From: Anaerolineae bacterium | GTDB taxonomy: Bacteria; Chloroflexota; Anaerolineae; Aggregatilineales; UBA3940 | NCBI GenBank assembly: GCA_016926255.1 | Contig: JAFGOY010000012.1 | Coordinates: 14,172 to 78,171, forward strand | DNA: 64,000 nucleotides | Reading direction: 5' to 3' | The notes under the pieces: generated by a model | What the model was told of the DNA's origin: nothing | The model's database searches: none | The model's input: the letters and a program-made list of their open reading frames with translations, nothing else | Made by a program: the position numbers and the translations under genes | Part shown: positions 8,752 through 17,009 of the stretch, piece by piece | How positions within the stretch are numbered: the first letter of the stretch is position 1 | Layout of the letters: each line of letters starts with the position of its first letter

Positions 8752-9546
8752 ATGGATAGAGAAGACTATCAACTTATTGACGAGCAGGAGTTTCTGGAAA
8801 GGATGGCTGAGGGGAGGTCTTTCCGAAACATAGTTTTGAGGGATGCCGATCTCACGAAAACTGAAGCTGCCGATCTCACATTCAGGGACTGTGTATTCGA
8901 TGGAGTCGATTTGACAGGAATAAGCTGGATAGGGCTTAAGTGTGAATCTGTGAAGTTTAAATGCTGCGATCTGAGTGATGCCGATCTGGAAGACGCGGTC
9001 TTTGAAAATTGCAGCTTTTTCGATCCAAACCATCCTGAAGGATCAAGAGAATCGCGGCCTATTTATCCCCCAGGCGGTTGTAAATTCCTTCGAGCAAACC
9101 TCCATTCAGCAGCATTTACAAACTGTGATCTGTCCTTCTGTATTTTCGAAGGGGCAAACATGTTCCGTGTCACCATCAAGAATTCTAAAGCGACCTCTGC
9201 CAAATTTCATCGGGCCAGCTTCAACAACTCAGCCAGGCTCATCAATAACGTTATGCATTATGCTGATCTAAGAGGTGCTCAACTGTCAAAGTGCGATGTT
9301 TCCCTGACCGACTTTCAATGGGCAAATCTCGATGAAGCAAATTTTACAGAAGCCGTATTAGTCGGAAGCAACCTGGGCGGGACAACAGTTCGATATGCTA
9401 AATTTGAGAAGGCTGATCTGAGAGGTGCCGGTACAGCATCTTTTGATATTCGTACTATCGACTTACATGGTGCAAAAATATATGAAAGTCAGATGCGAAT
9501 ACTGCTGGAGAACTGCGGACTTGTTATCTTTCCGGACGGTCATTGA
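8752..9546 (+). CDS. Pentapeptide-repeat protein
   Basis: The sequence shows A(D/N)L..-type 5-residue periodicity throughout (ADLTKTEAADLTFRDCVFDGVDLTG..., ANLDEANFTEAVLVGSNLGG...). I prefer ATG 8752 with a GGGAGAAG RBS over the GTG at 8737. GC was about 45-48% in the lines I counted, far below the flanking genes. Confidence 0.8.
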   Translation: MDREDYQLIDEQEFLERMAEGRSFRNIVLRDADLTKTEAADLTFRDCVFDGVDLTGISWIGLKCESVKFKCCDLSDADLEDAVFENCSFFDPNHPEGSRESRPIYPPGGCKFLRANLHSAAFTNCDLSFCIFEGANMFRVTIKNSKATSAKFHRASFNNSARLINNVMHYADLRGAQLSKCDVSLTDFQWANLDEANFTEAVLVGSNLGGTTVRYAKFEKADLRGAGTASFDIRTIDLHGAKIYESQMRILLENCGLVIFPDGH

Positions 9547-9649
9547 GCCGGGGAAGCTTCAGAACACCGGACTGGAAAATGCCGACTCGCCGCTGCGCTT
9601 TAGTTGGGTTATCCTACAGGCAGGTATGAAACAGTACTGGAAAGAGTGA

Positions 9650-10462
9650 ATGACCCTTCTCCCGGAAAACGAACCCTGTACGGCAACCGATCCTGTCAGC
9701 TACACACTCGTTACACGTGACAGGCGTGAAGAAATCGACGCGAAGATCATCGACGAGCAGTTATTTACAATCTACGTCAATGGGCAGGAACTCACGACGA
9801 TGATGTGTACGCCCTGCAACCAGGAGGCGCTGGCACTGGGTTTCCTGGCCAACGAGGGCGTGATCGACTCGCTCGACGGGGTACAGTCATGGCGGCTGTG
9901 CAGCGCAGGGCGGAGCATCGACGTCTGGTTGAAGGCACCGACTACGAAGCCCCTCCGCCGGGTGATCCTCACCTCCGGGAGCGGGGGAAGCATCACGTTT
10001 GACGACCTGATCGCCACCCATGACCCGGTTGAGGCGGAGAGGGCGATTACGCCCGAACAGTTATGGTCGCTGATGGATTGCCTCTATCAGCAGGCGCACC
10101 TGCATCAGAATGCCGGGGGCGTGCATGTCACCGGATTGAGCGACGGCGAAAGGCTGGTGTTGACGGTCGAGGATGCCGGACGGCACAACACGTTTGACAA
10201 GCTGCGCGGGCTGGCACTGATGAACGAGATCGAGACGGCAGGGGGGATCATCCTGACGACCGGGCGGATCAGTTCGGAGATCGTCAACAAGGCGCGGGGG
10301 ATGGACATCCCGGTCGTCTGCTCGAAAGCGCCGCCGACTAACTTTTCGATCCGGCTGGCAGCGCGGTGGAACATGACGCTGATCGGCTGCGTGGATGAAC
10401 ACAGTATGAGAGTTTACACCCATTCGCGCCGGGTGGATTATCAGCCTTCGGCTGAAAAATAG
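9650..10462 (+). CDS. fdhD: Formate dehydrogenase accessory sulfurtransferase FdhD
   Basis: 270 aa with the FdhD hallmarks GGVHVTG...EDAGRHNTFDKLRG...SGRISSEIV.KA. The last 7 codons (YQPSAEK) are encoded by a copy of repeat family A. Confidence 0.85.
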   Translation: MTLLPENEPCTATDPVSYTLVTRDRREEIDAKIIDEQLFTIYVNGQELTTMMCTPCNQEALALGFLANEGVIDSLDGVQSWRLCSAGRSIDVWLKAPTTKPLRRVILTSGSGGSITFDDLIATHDPVEAERAITPEQLWSLMDCLYQQAHLHQNAGGVHVTGLSDGERLVLTVEDAGRHNTFDKLRGLALMNEIETAGGIILTTGRISSEIVNKARGMDIPVVCSKAPPTNFSIRLAARWNMTLIGCVDEHSMRVYTHSRRVDYQPSAEK

Positions 10463-10524
10463 GAGTATGCCCGGGGCTAAAGCCGCCGGGCTAAAGTGGT
10501 TCTGGGCGAGGGCAAGCCTCGCCC
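10438..10524. repeat. Composite repeat: family A copy 2 (10438-10466), family B (GCCCGGGGCTAAAGCCGCCGGGCTAAAGTGG, 10469-10499) and hairpin GGGCGAGG-GCAAG-CCTCGCCC (10504-10524)
   Basis: Read directly from the sequence. Family B recurs at 40717-40745 and 44687-44704. Confidence 0.65.
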
Positions 10525-10598
10525 CTGCGGCACCAGATCAGGTATGGCGTTACAGTATTAACAGAGCGCCAATCGCGAATAAGGGATGAGACGACCCG

Positions 10599-11156
10599 AT
10601 GACGAAAATCAATGATTATCTATGGCACCTGCCGCATGCAGCACTGCCCGACGATCCGCCCGACATTGCCGTGCTACAGCAGTCGTTCAACCTGCCGATT
10701 GCCGATTCGCTCGAAGGGCCGCTCGGCGAGTTGGGGTATCAACTCAAGAGCAACGACGTGATGGTCAAGCTCGACGAACGGCTCGACCGCACTGCCGATA
10801 CCTATTATGCGAATGTGCGGTTTATCGCCTATATGGAGTCGGACATCATTCTGCGGGTGCATTTCGAGCATACGGAGTGGGCGACGATCCTCGCCGACCA
10901 TGATGTGCATCAGTACTTCATCAACCTGGACCGGTTCAAGGTGCAGGACCCGCGCACCCAGGTGGTCGTTCCGGCGTGGTCGGGGCGGCTGCACTCGCGG
11001 ATGACCAACCGGCCCGGCGACCGGCTGCACCACGCGGGTGAAGATCAAATCTGGGCGTACAAGTCGGCGGAAGAACTCGAAGGGCAGATTCAGATGTTCC
11101 TGGAGAAGTTCGACCGGATGGGGCATGCGTGGCTTGCTGACCGGGCGACGCTCTAA
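10599..11156 (+). CDS. Hypothetical protein (185 aa)
   Basis: A long ORF with ordinary composition and a plausible RBS (AAGGGATGAG). I recognise no motif. The overlapping ORFs in other frames look like GC shadows. Confidence 0.55.
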   Translation: MTKINDYLWHLPHAALPDDPPDIAVLQQSFNLPIADSLEGPLGELGYQLKSNDVMVKLDERLDRTADTYYANVRFIAYMESDIILRVHFEHTEWATILADHDVHQYFINLDRFKVQDPRTQVVVPAWSGRLHSRMTNRPGDRLHHAGEDQIWAYKSAEELEGQIQMFLEKFDRMGHAWLADRATL

Positions 11157-11245
11157 GATTTGCAGGGTGAATATCAAACCGCAAAGTGCGCGAAGAACGC
11201 AAAGGAAAAACAAAAAAGTAAAAAACAATTAGACTGGCGGGGTAC

Positions 11246-11273
11246 TTGACTTTGACGGTCTATGCGGTAAAAT
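11246..11273 (+). promoter_or_regulatory. Sigma70-like promoter for tRNA-Glu (TTGACT, 16-nt spacer, TAAAAT)
   Basis: The hexamers are read at 11246-11251 and 11268-11273, 13 nt upstream of the mature tRNA 5' end. Confidence 0.5.
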
Positions 11274-11285
11274 CTCTGCGCTCTA

Positions 11286-11358
11286 GCCCCCATCGTCTAG
11301 AGGACCAGGACGCGGCCCTTTCAAGGCTGAAGCAGGAGTTCGAATCTCCTTGGGGGCA
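11286..11358 (+). tRNA. tRNA-Glu: tRNA-Glu (anticodon UUC)
   Basis: The cloverleaf was folded by hand. Acceptor stem is GCCCCCA/TGGGGGC. The anticodon stem is CGGCC/GGCTG with loop CTTTCAA. The T arm is AGGAG-TTCGAAT-CTCCT. Length is 73 nt and no CCA is encoded. Confidence 0.9.
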
Positions 11359-11421
11359 TAGATGATACGAGCCAGTGCCAGTCACTGGCTCGTTTTTATA
11401 ATGGTCATCGGGGCACCCAGA

Positions 11422-12378
11422 ATGAAGACCAACAGCCAACAGACGATCACTTCACACGCTTATCAATGTGACAAAGATGGCGAGCGCATACCGCAGTTTT
11501 TGATCGACACCTACACGTTAACCGGTTACAGCTGGAACTGGGATGTCCGGCGCTGGGCGGGGCATCGTTACTATGGCCATTTCCGTCAATCGTGGCGGCG
11601 CAGTGATTATGTCAGGGTATGGGAAAACAAGGCGGGCGAGATCGTCGGCGTTGTTCACAACGAAGGCGATGTGCCTTATAACCCCTGGGTGGAAATTCAC
11701 CCGGACTACCGTCACCTTGAGGATGAGATGATCGCCTGGGCGGAGTCAGCCTACACCGGGCGCAAAAAGGACGGCAAACGCACCTTAGAGATATTTGTGT
11801 TCGAGGAAGACACACACAGGCAGTCGGTGTTGGCTGATCGGGGCTGGGCAAAAACGGAACATTCAGAAGTTATCCGGCGGATGCCGTATGCGCCGCTTGA
11901 GGAGCCTGTGACTATCCCCGAAGGCTACAAGCTTCGCTCGCTGGTCCCCGGCGAAGCGGACGCGGCAAACTGGGTGACCATCACCAGACGGGTATTTCAA
12001 CCCGATTGTGACCTCACAGCACTTGACTCTGGCCCCTATCGGGTATTTCAGGAAGAATCGCCCTGGTATCAGCACGATCTGCACATCGTCGCCGAAACGC
12101 CCGATGGATCGCTCGCGGCCTTTGCGGGATTCAGCGTCGAACCGACGAACCACATGGCATCGCTTGAGCCTGTCGGCACCCACCCCGATCATCGCCGCCG
12201 GGGACTGGCCTCCGCCGTGATCCGTGAAGGGCTGCGGCGGCTTGCTGCTTACGATGTCGAGGTTGTGTATGTCGGTACCGGGGGCGATATGCTCCCCGCC
12301 AATAAATTGTATGAATCACTCGGATTCACTGATGTGAAGCGGCTGGTCATGTGGACTAAACACCTAGCCAGTTCTTGA
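11422..12378 (+). CDS. GNAT family N-acetyltransferase
   Basis: The C-terminal acetyl-CoA binding motif VGTHPDHRRRGLASAVIREGLRR...NKLYESLGF is present. I moved the start to ATG 11422 because the track start at 11362 lies only 4 nt after the tRNA. The start is uncertain (11401 is also possible). Confidence 0.7.
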   Translation: MKTNSQQTITSHAYQCDKDGERIPQFLIDTYTLTGYSWNWDVRRWAGHRYYGHFRQSWRRSDYVRVWENKAGEIVGVVHNEGDVPYNPWVEIHPDYRHLEDEMIAWAESAYTGRKKDGKRTLEIFVFEEDTHRQSVLADRGWAKTEHSEVIRRMPYAPLEEPVTIPEGYKLRSLVPGEADAANWVTITRRVFQPDCDLTALDSGPYRVFQEESPWYQHDLHIVAETPDGSLAAFAGFSVEPTNHMASLEPVGTHPDHRRRGLASAVIREGLRRLAAYDVEVVYVGTGGDMLPANKLYESLGFTDVKRLVMWTKHLASS

Positions 12379-12409
12379 TCCAGTTCACACTCATTAATCG
12401 GGGGGCAAA

Positions 12410-13498
12410 ATGAGAAAACGTCAGTGGATAGTGTTATCAGGATTCCTCTGTTTATGCCTCTTCCTGTCTGCCTGCGCGGGGGGTGAAGAAGTCCCGACGG
12501 CCACGTCAGAGCCGACAAAGACCTCTGAGCCAACGGATGAGCCTAATCCAACGGCCACGCTACAGCCAACAGATGAGCCGCAGCCAGAGTCGGAGATCGA
12601 ATTTCCAGAGAGCGGAACAGCGCTGCTGTCGATCCCGGCGTTGGACGGCAATCAAATCGAGATACGGATCACAAAGCCGGAGGGCGATGGCCCATTCCCG
12701 GCGCTGATCGGCGTGGCCGGTGGGGATGGCAGTTTTGCGTTTTATTCGAACATCATGGCCGATGGGTTGAAAGGGATGGGGATCGTCGCGGTCGATTTCG
12801 CCCCGGAGGGCCGCTTGAACAGCGAAGGCGAGGACGATCACCACGGGCCGGTACATCAGGATGATCTGAAAGCACTGGTCGATTTCGTCAGCGAGCAGCC
12901 CTTCGTCCAACCGGACAATATTGGGATACTCACTTACTCGTACGGGCTGATCATGGCAACCGGAGCGCTGTCACGCTACCCGGATATGCCGGTCGCGTTC
13001 CTGATCGACTGGGAGGGGCCTTCCTCTCCCGGCAGGGACATCATGCGCGGGGTGGAGAACGAGGAACCCTGGGCGATAGAGACGATCCTGACCCTCAGCG
13101 TCAGAACTGATATGAGCCGCGAAGAAATGGAAGCCTTCGTGATCCACGGGGGCATGATCTCCGATGAGGCGTACTGGGCAGATCGAGACGCGTCCCTGTT
13201 CATCAAAGACCTGCCCTGCCCATATCTCCGGGTGCAGTTCGATGAGGATCACGTTCAGGGCACGTATAAAACGCACATGATGCTGGTGATCAACGCGGCG
13301 ACGGAGTACAGTGACCAGTGGACGCGTTTGAATGATAATCCGCCGAACGTCATTTATACCGAAGAAAACCTCGCCGATGTGCACTTCCACACCTACGACG
13401 AGGGCGAATTCCGGCCAATGACCGTCTTACCGACGGCGGATGAGGTTCTGCTGGCTTACGTCGACGAGATGTTCTTCACAAGGCCCTATGAAGAATAA
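12410..13498 (+). CDS. Lipoprotein, alpha/beta-hydrolase-like
   Basis: Lipobox signal MRKRQWIVLSGFLCLCLFLSACAG, then a PT/E-rich linker, then a possible nucleophile elbow ILTYSYGL. The fold assignment is tentative. Confidence 0.6.
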   Translation: MRKRQWIVLSGFLCLCLFLSACAGGEEVPTATSEPTKTSEPTDEPNPTATLQPTDEPQPESEIEFPESGTALLSIPALDGNQIEIRITKPEGDGPFPALIGVAGGDGSFAFYSNIMADGLKGMGIVAVDFAPEGRLNSEGEDDHHGPVHQDDLKALVDFVSEQPFVQPDNIGILTYSYGLIMATGALSRYPDMPVAFLIDWEGPSSPGRDIMRGVENEEPWAIETILTLSVRTDMSREEMEAFVIHGGMISDEAYWADRDASLFIKDLPCPYLRVQFDEDHVQGTYKTHMMLVINAATEYSDQWTRLNDNPPNVIYTEENLADVHFHTYDEGEFRPMTVLPTADEVLLAYVDEMFFTRPYEE

Positions 13499-13501
13499 CG
13501 C

Positions 13502-14803
13502 CTAGCCGTTTTTCGCCGACAACTGTGACAGGATGGTGGCCTGCTTGTTCTCGATATCGAAGCAGGCCATCTGATTCTCTCGCATCAGGCAGGTGGCGAT
13601 CTGGATCGCCTCGGCTTCGCAGAATGTCCCCTCCTCGACTTCGGCGGACAGGGCGCGGGTCAGCCCGTCGCGGGCCTGCGCCGCGTAGCCGACCACCTGC
13701 GCGGGCCAGAAGGTATCGCCGCCGAAGGCAAACAGCTTGTTGTAGGGCACAGCGTGGATCATCTGCCGCACGAAATCGACCGCCGCGCGGAAGTTCAATG
13801 CCCATCCCCAGCACATATCGACGTAGACATTCGGGAAGTTCTTCGCCATGCCGACCAGTTCATCGGTATAAGGGTAAGCCATGTGCATCAGCACGAAGCG
13901 GGTGTCGGGATAGCGGGCGAGGATCGTCCCCAGGTTCCCCGATTGCAGGCGGAAGGGATCGGTCATCGTGCTGTTGAAGGCCATGATCCCGGTATGAATC
14001 TTGAACGGCAGGTTGTGCTCGGCGGCCAGTTCGACGCCCCGCGCCCAGCACCAATCCCCCAGGCACAGGCGCTCCGCCGCGTCGATCTCGTCGCCGCGCA
14101 GCACCTTCTGCAAGACGGGTTCGACATCGGCATCGTCCCGCTCGACCCAGGCCAGTGTCCGGTCGTAGGCATGCTGGGCCTTGACCGCGACCGCGCAGCC
14201 GCCGTATTTTTCAAACAGGGCGGCCATCGCCTGTCGCAGACTGGCCGTATCGCGCACCTCAACCTGTGTCTCTTCGTATAATTGCTTCAGGTCAGGCTGA
14301 CCGCTGCAAAATTCGACCCACGAAATATCGTAGAGGAAGAATTCAGGCCCCGACAAATCCGGCTCGCAGGCCCATGCGTGATGGTTGATCTGGACGTGAT
14401 CGAGATTTGCCACCTCGCGGAGCAGTCGCAGCCGCTCGCCGGGCTGACGTAACTGCTTGTTGCGCTCCGCTGCGGTGAGTATCGAGTCGAGGGTGATCTC
14501 CTCGATGCCATAGACCAGCCGGGCGGTGATCCGTGCCGCCTGCCCGTAGCTCGTGAACCGGCAGTATTCCCACGCGTCCTTGATACAGTTCCAGCGCCCT
14601 TCGACGTCCGGGTCGGATGAGTCGATCACGCGGTCGGCGACATCTTTCGAGACACGGGAGGTGATCAGATCGAGGCCGATGTAGGTGTGGAAGATGCTCT
14701 GAAGCACATCGGGGCCGTCTTTGACGTATTCAGCTTCCGATAAAAGATGCTCGTGTGTATCGACCAGCGGGGTGATCTTGATATGGTGGGCAAGGTCGGT
14801 CAT
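13502..14803 (-). CDS. Amidohydrolase-family metal-dependent hydrolase (TIM-barrel, Amidohydro_2-like)
   Basis: N-terminal motif ITPLVDTHEHLL, with later H and D residues typical of the family. The start is set at ATG 14803 (AGGAGA RBS), 13 nt after the upstream stop. Its stop lies only 3 nt from the convergent stop at 13498. Confidence 0.7.
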   Translation of the reverse strand: MTDLAHHIKITPLVDTHEHLLSEAEYVKDGPDVLQSIFHTYIGLDLITSRVSKDVADRVIDSSDPDVEGRWNCIKDAWEYCRFTSYGQAARITARLVYGIEEITLDSILTAAERNKQLRQPGERLRLLREVANLDHVQINHHAWACEPDLSGPEFFLYDISWVEFCSGQPDLKQLYEETQVEVRDTASLRQAMAALFEKYGGCAVAVKAQHAYDRTLAWVERDDADVEPVLQKVLRGDEIDAAERLCLGDWCWARGVELAAEHNLPFKIHTGIMAFNSTMTDPFRLQSGNLGTILARYPDTRFVLMHMAYPYTDELVGMAKNFPNVYVDMCWGWALNFRAAVDFVRQMIHAVPYNKLFAFGGDTFWPAQVVGYAAQARDGLTRALSAEVEEGTFCEAEAIQIATCLMRENQMACFDIENKQATILSQLSAKNG

Positions 14804-14816
14804 GGGGTTTCTCCTG

Positions 14817-15266
14817 TCAGACCAGATGTATGATCGTATTGCATCGATCATCCCCCAGCAGGAACGCCTCGGTGATGGTCACCTCGACGGGCTGGCCCAG
14901 CAGCATCCCGAACAGTTCCTGCTGAAAGTTCTTGCAGCAATAATAGCACAATGACTGCGGCGGTTGGGAACAATCGGCGAAGGCACAGGCGCACTCCTCT
15001 ACCACTTTCCCGGTCAGGGTAAGCACGGAGCGTTCCGCGTTGAATTCCAGCCGCTCCCAGTATTTCGATGCCTTCTCGACGTTGATCCAATCCAGAAACG
15101 CCTGAACGTTCCCCACGTATTGACCAACCCATTCGTCGAGTTTGCGCGTGTAGAAACAGTCGTGGCCTAATTGGGTAAAGATGCTCTGTTTGACCGGTTC
15201 GCTCTGCGTCTCGTCGATGAACTTGAGGATGCTCTTTACCTGTTCCGGGTTCATGTCCTGCGGCAT
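14817..15266 (-). CDS. Small Cys-rich protein of unknown function (149 aa)
   Basis: Cysteine cluster EECACAFADCSQPPQSLCYYCCKNF...GDDRCNTIIHL suggests metal or Fe-S binding. It is translationally packed between the GT and amidohydrolase genes. I cannot name the family with confidence. Confidence 0.6.
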   Translation of the reverse strand: MPQDMNPEQVKSILKFIDETQSEPVKQSIFTQLGHDCFYTRKLDEWVGQYVGNVQAFLDWINVEKASKYWERLEFNAERSVLTLTGKVVEECACAFADCSQPPQSLCYYCCKNFQQELFGMLLGQPVEVTITEAFLLGDDRCNTIIHLV

Positions 15267-15270
15267 AAAC

Positions 15271-16518
15271 TTACCCTTTTGCCTCTTCCAGCTTTTTCAA
15301 TACTATTGCTGCTGCTTGTCTTCTTCCACCCAGTTCTCGGATTTCCCGGCTGTATTTTTCCAGGTTTGTGTGAAAGGGTTTCCGATCAAGTAGTTCCTGG
15401 CAGCAGGACAGTATTTTGCCAGCTGTGAAGTCATCACTACTGAGATTGTATGCGCAGCCGATCTCCGCGGCCTTTTTTGCATTGTAATGACGCTCAAAGT
15501 TCTCGCCGGGGAAAATGAGTGCCGGAACCATCGACTCGATGCACTGGAGCGTCGTGTTTTGCCCGCCGTGGTGAATGGCAATATCGGCCTGTTTCATGAC
15601 CTCATCCGATGGGAGATACTGAAAAAAGTGAACATTGCCGATCTGGTATTCGCCTTTCTTCTCGAAATACGGATGTCCCGCGCCGGAGAAGACGACATCA
15701 AAATCCGATTCTGCAAATGCGCCGGTCAGCACTTTTTCGGCAAGCTGTGGCGTGATCTGCCCTATACTGAGATAAACATAGATCAGTGGGCGGTGTTTGT
15801 CCCAATCCCAGGATCGATCTGCGAATTTTTCAGGAACGATACTCCCGACAAAGTGATTCCTGTCGTTGGCCGGGACATCTTCCATCGCCGGGATAGAGGG
15901 AATGAGCCGTTCCGAATGGTCATATCCCCCAAAGAGATCAAGTATATTTGATACTTCTGGCAGCTTCAGACGTCGAAGCAGGCGGTTATAAGGCCGGTAG
16001 AGCCGTCTGGTTGAATGGGGCCGGTTGTAGAAAAGCTCGGAATAATAAGATGGCCTTCCCACAGAGCTAAAGGTCGTCAGAAGCGCGATCCCATATTTTC
16101 TTGCGACAATCGGCGCAACCAGATCGAATTCACTCACAATGACGTCCGGTTTGAATGATCGGACAAGTTCTTCCCATTCCTGATAAGTCTGCTCAACATA
16201 TGCCTTCGTACAGATGCCTTTTAACCGGATGATGCTCTCCATGCCTTTGACTGGGGGCACGGTCCCATCCCATTCTCCTTGCACCATGCCCATGAACTTC
16301 CATACCCAGCCGGGCAGACCATACATAGTGGGCTTATAGCCGGTTACACAGGCGTAATTGTGATCTACAACGTGTTCGGCTTCAGAGCCAGCCGCGCGGA
16401 AAAGAATATCGGTATCCGGTGCGATTTTTCGAAGTTCGTCGGCAATGGCAATCATCCGTGTTACGGTGCCCAGTGCTTCGACCGCATTGATGCCGACCGA
16501 GAATAAAACGCGATGCAT
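15271..16518 (-). CDS. GT1 family glycosyltransferase (UDP-glycosyltransferase/MGT-like)
   Basis: C-terminal nucleotide-sugar motif HHGGQNTTLQCIESMVPALIFPGENFERHYNAKK is present. The start is set at ATG 16518 (MHRVLFSVG.., GGGGAGG RBS). GC was about 43% in the line I counted, against 60-73% in the other operon genes. Confidence 0.8.
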   Translation of the reverse strand: MHRVLFSVGINAVEALGTVTRMIAIADELRKIAPDTDILFRAAGSEAEHVVDHNYACVTGYKPTMYGLPGWVWKFMGMVQGEWDGTVPPVKGMESIIRLKGICTKAYVEQTYQEWEELVRSFKPDVIVSEFDLVAPIVARKYGIALLTTFSSVGRPSYYSELFYNRPHSTRRLYRPYNRLLRRLKLPEVSNILDLFGGYDHSERLIPSIPAMEDVPANDRNHFVGSIVPEKFADRSWDWDKHRPLIYVYLSIGQITPQLAEKVLTGAFAESDFDVVFSGAGHPYFEKKGEYQIGNVHFFQYLPSDEVMKQADIAIHHGGQNTTLQCIESMVPALIFPGENFERHYNAKKAAEIGCAYNLSSDDFTAGKILSCCQELLDRKPFHTNLEKYSREIRELGGRRQAAAIVLKKLEEAKG

Positions 16519-16523
16519 GTTCG

Positions 16524-17006
16524 TTAAGCCTCCCCTATCACCTGTTCGACGATCTCCAGCGGCATCGATGTCCATTCGGCGACGGCGGCGGCATCCATGC
16601 CCTGGGCATGATACCGCAGGATGGTCGCCGATATCGGCTCGCCCACCTCGACGACATGCCCATCCGGGTCATGGACGCGGAATACCCGCTGACCCCAGGG
16701 CTGCTCGCGGATCGGGTGGACAATATCTACTTGTGCACCCGATAACTGTCGCAGTACGCTGTCAATATCGGTTGACTCGAAATACAGTTCGAGGTTTTTT
16801 CGCCCCAGGGGTGCATCCGATTCTGGCGCACGCTGATAGACCATTTCGTATGCGTGGTTGACATCCCAGATGGAGAGTCCGCCTTCGAACTCGACGTTTT
16901 CACCGTGATCCATCGTGACTTTCTGGCCGAGCAGACCCTCATAGAAAGCGCGTGACGCGTCGATATCCTGCACAAAAATAACCGCCACTTTGAATTTGAC
17001 TGGCAT
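16524..17006 (-). CDS. VOC (glyoxalase/bleomycin-resistance/dioxygenase) family protein
   Basis: Typical beta-alpha-beta-beta-beta module pattern: VAVIFVQDIDASRAFYEGLLG...FRVHDPDGHVVEVGEP. 160 aa. Confidence 0.75.
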   Translation of the reverse strand: MPVKFKVAVIFVQDIDASRAFYEGLLGQKVTMDHGENVEFEGGLSIWDVNHAYEMVYQRAPESDAPLGRKNLELYFESTDIDSVLRQLSGAQVDIVHPIREQPWGQRVFRVHDPDGHVVEVGEPISATILRYHAQGMDAAAVAEWTSMPLEIVEQVIGEA

Positions 17007-17009
17007 TGT

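Noticed and set aside
9547-9649. Possible molybdenum-cofactor riboswitch upstream of fdhD
   Set aside because: The gap is only ~100 nt. It lacks the conserved Moco-motif elements I remember, and I could draw no convincing multi-stem fold.
11362-11421. Track start codon of the GNAT ORF 4 nt after tRNA-Glu
   Set aside because: This start would leave no room for tRNA 3' processing or a promoter. The extra N-terminal residues (MIRASASHWLVFIMVIGAPR) look non-native, so I preferred the internal ATG at 11422.
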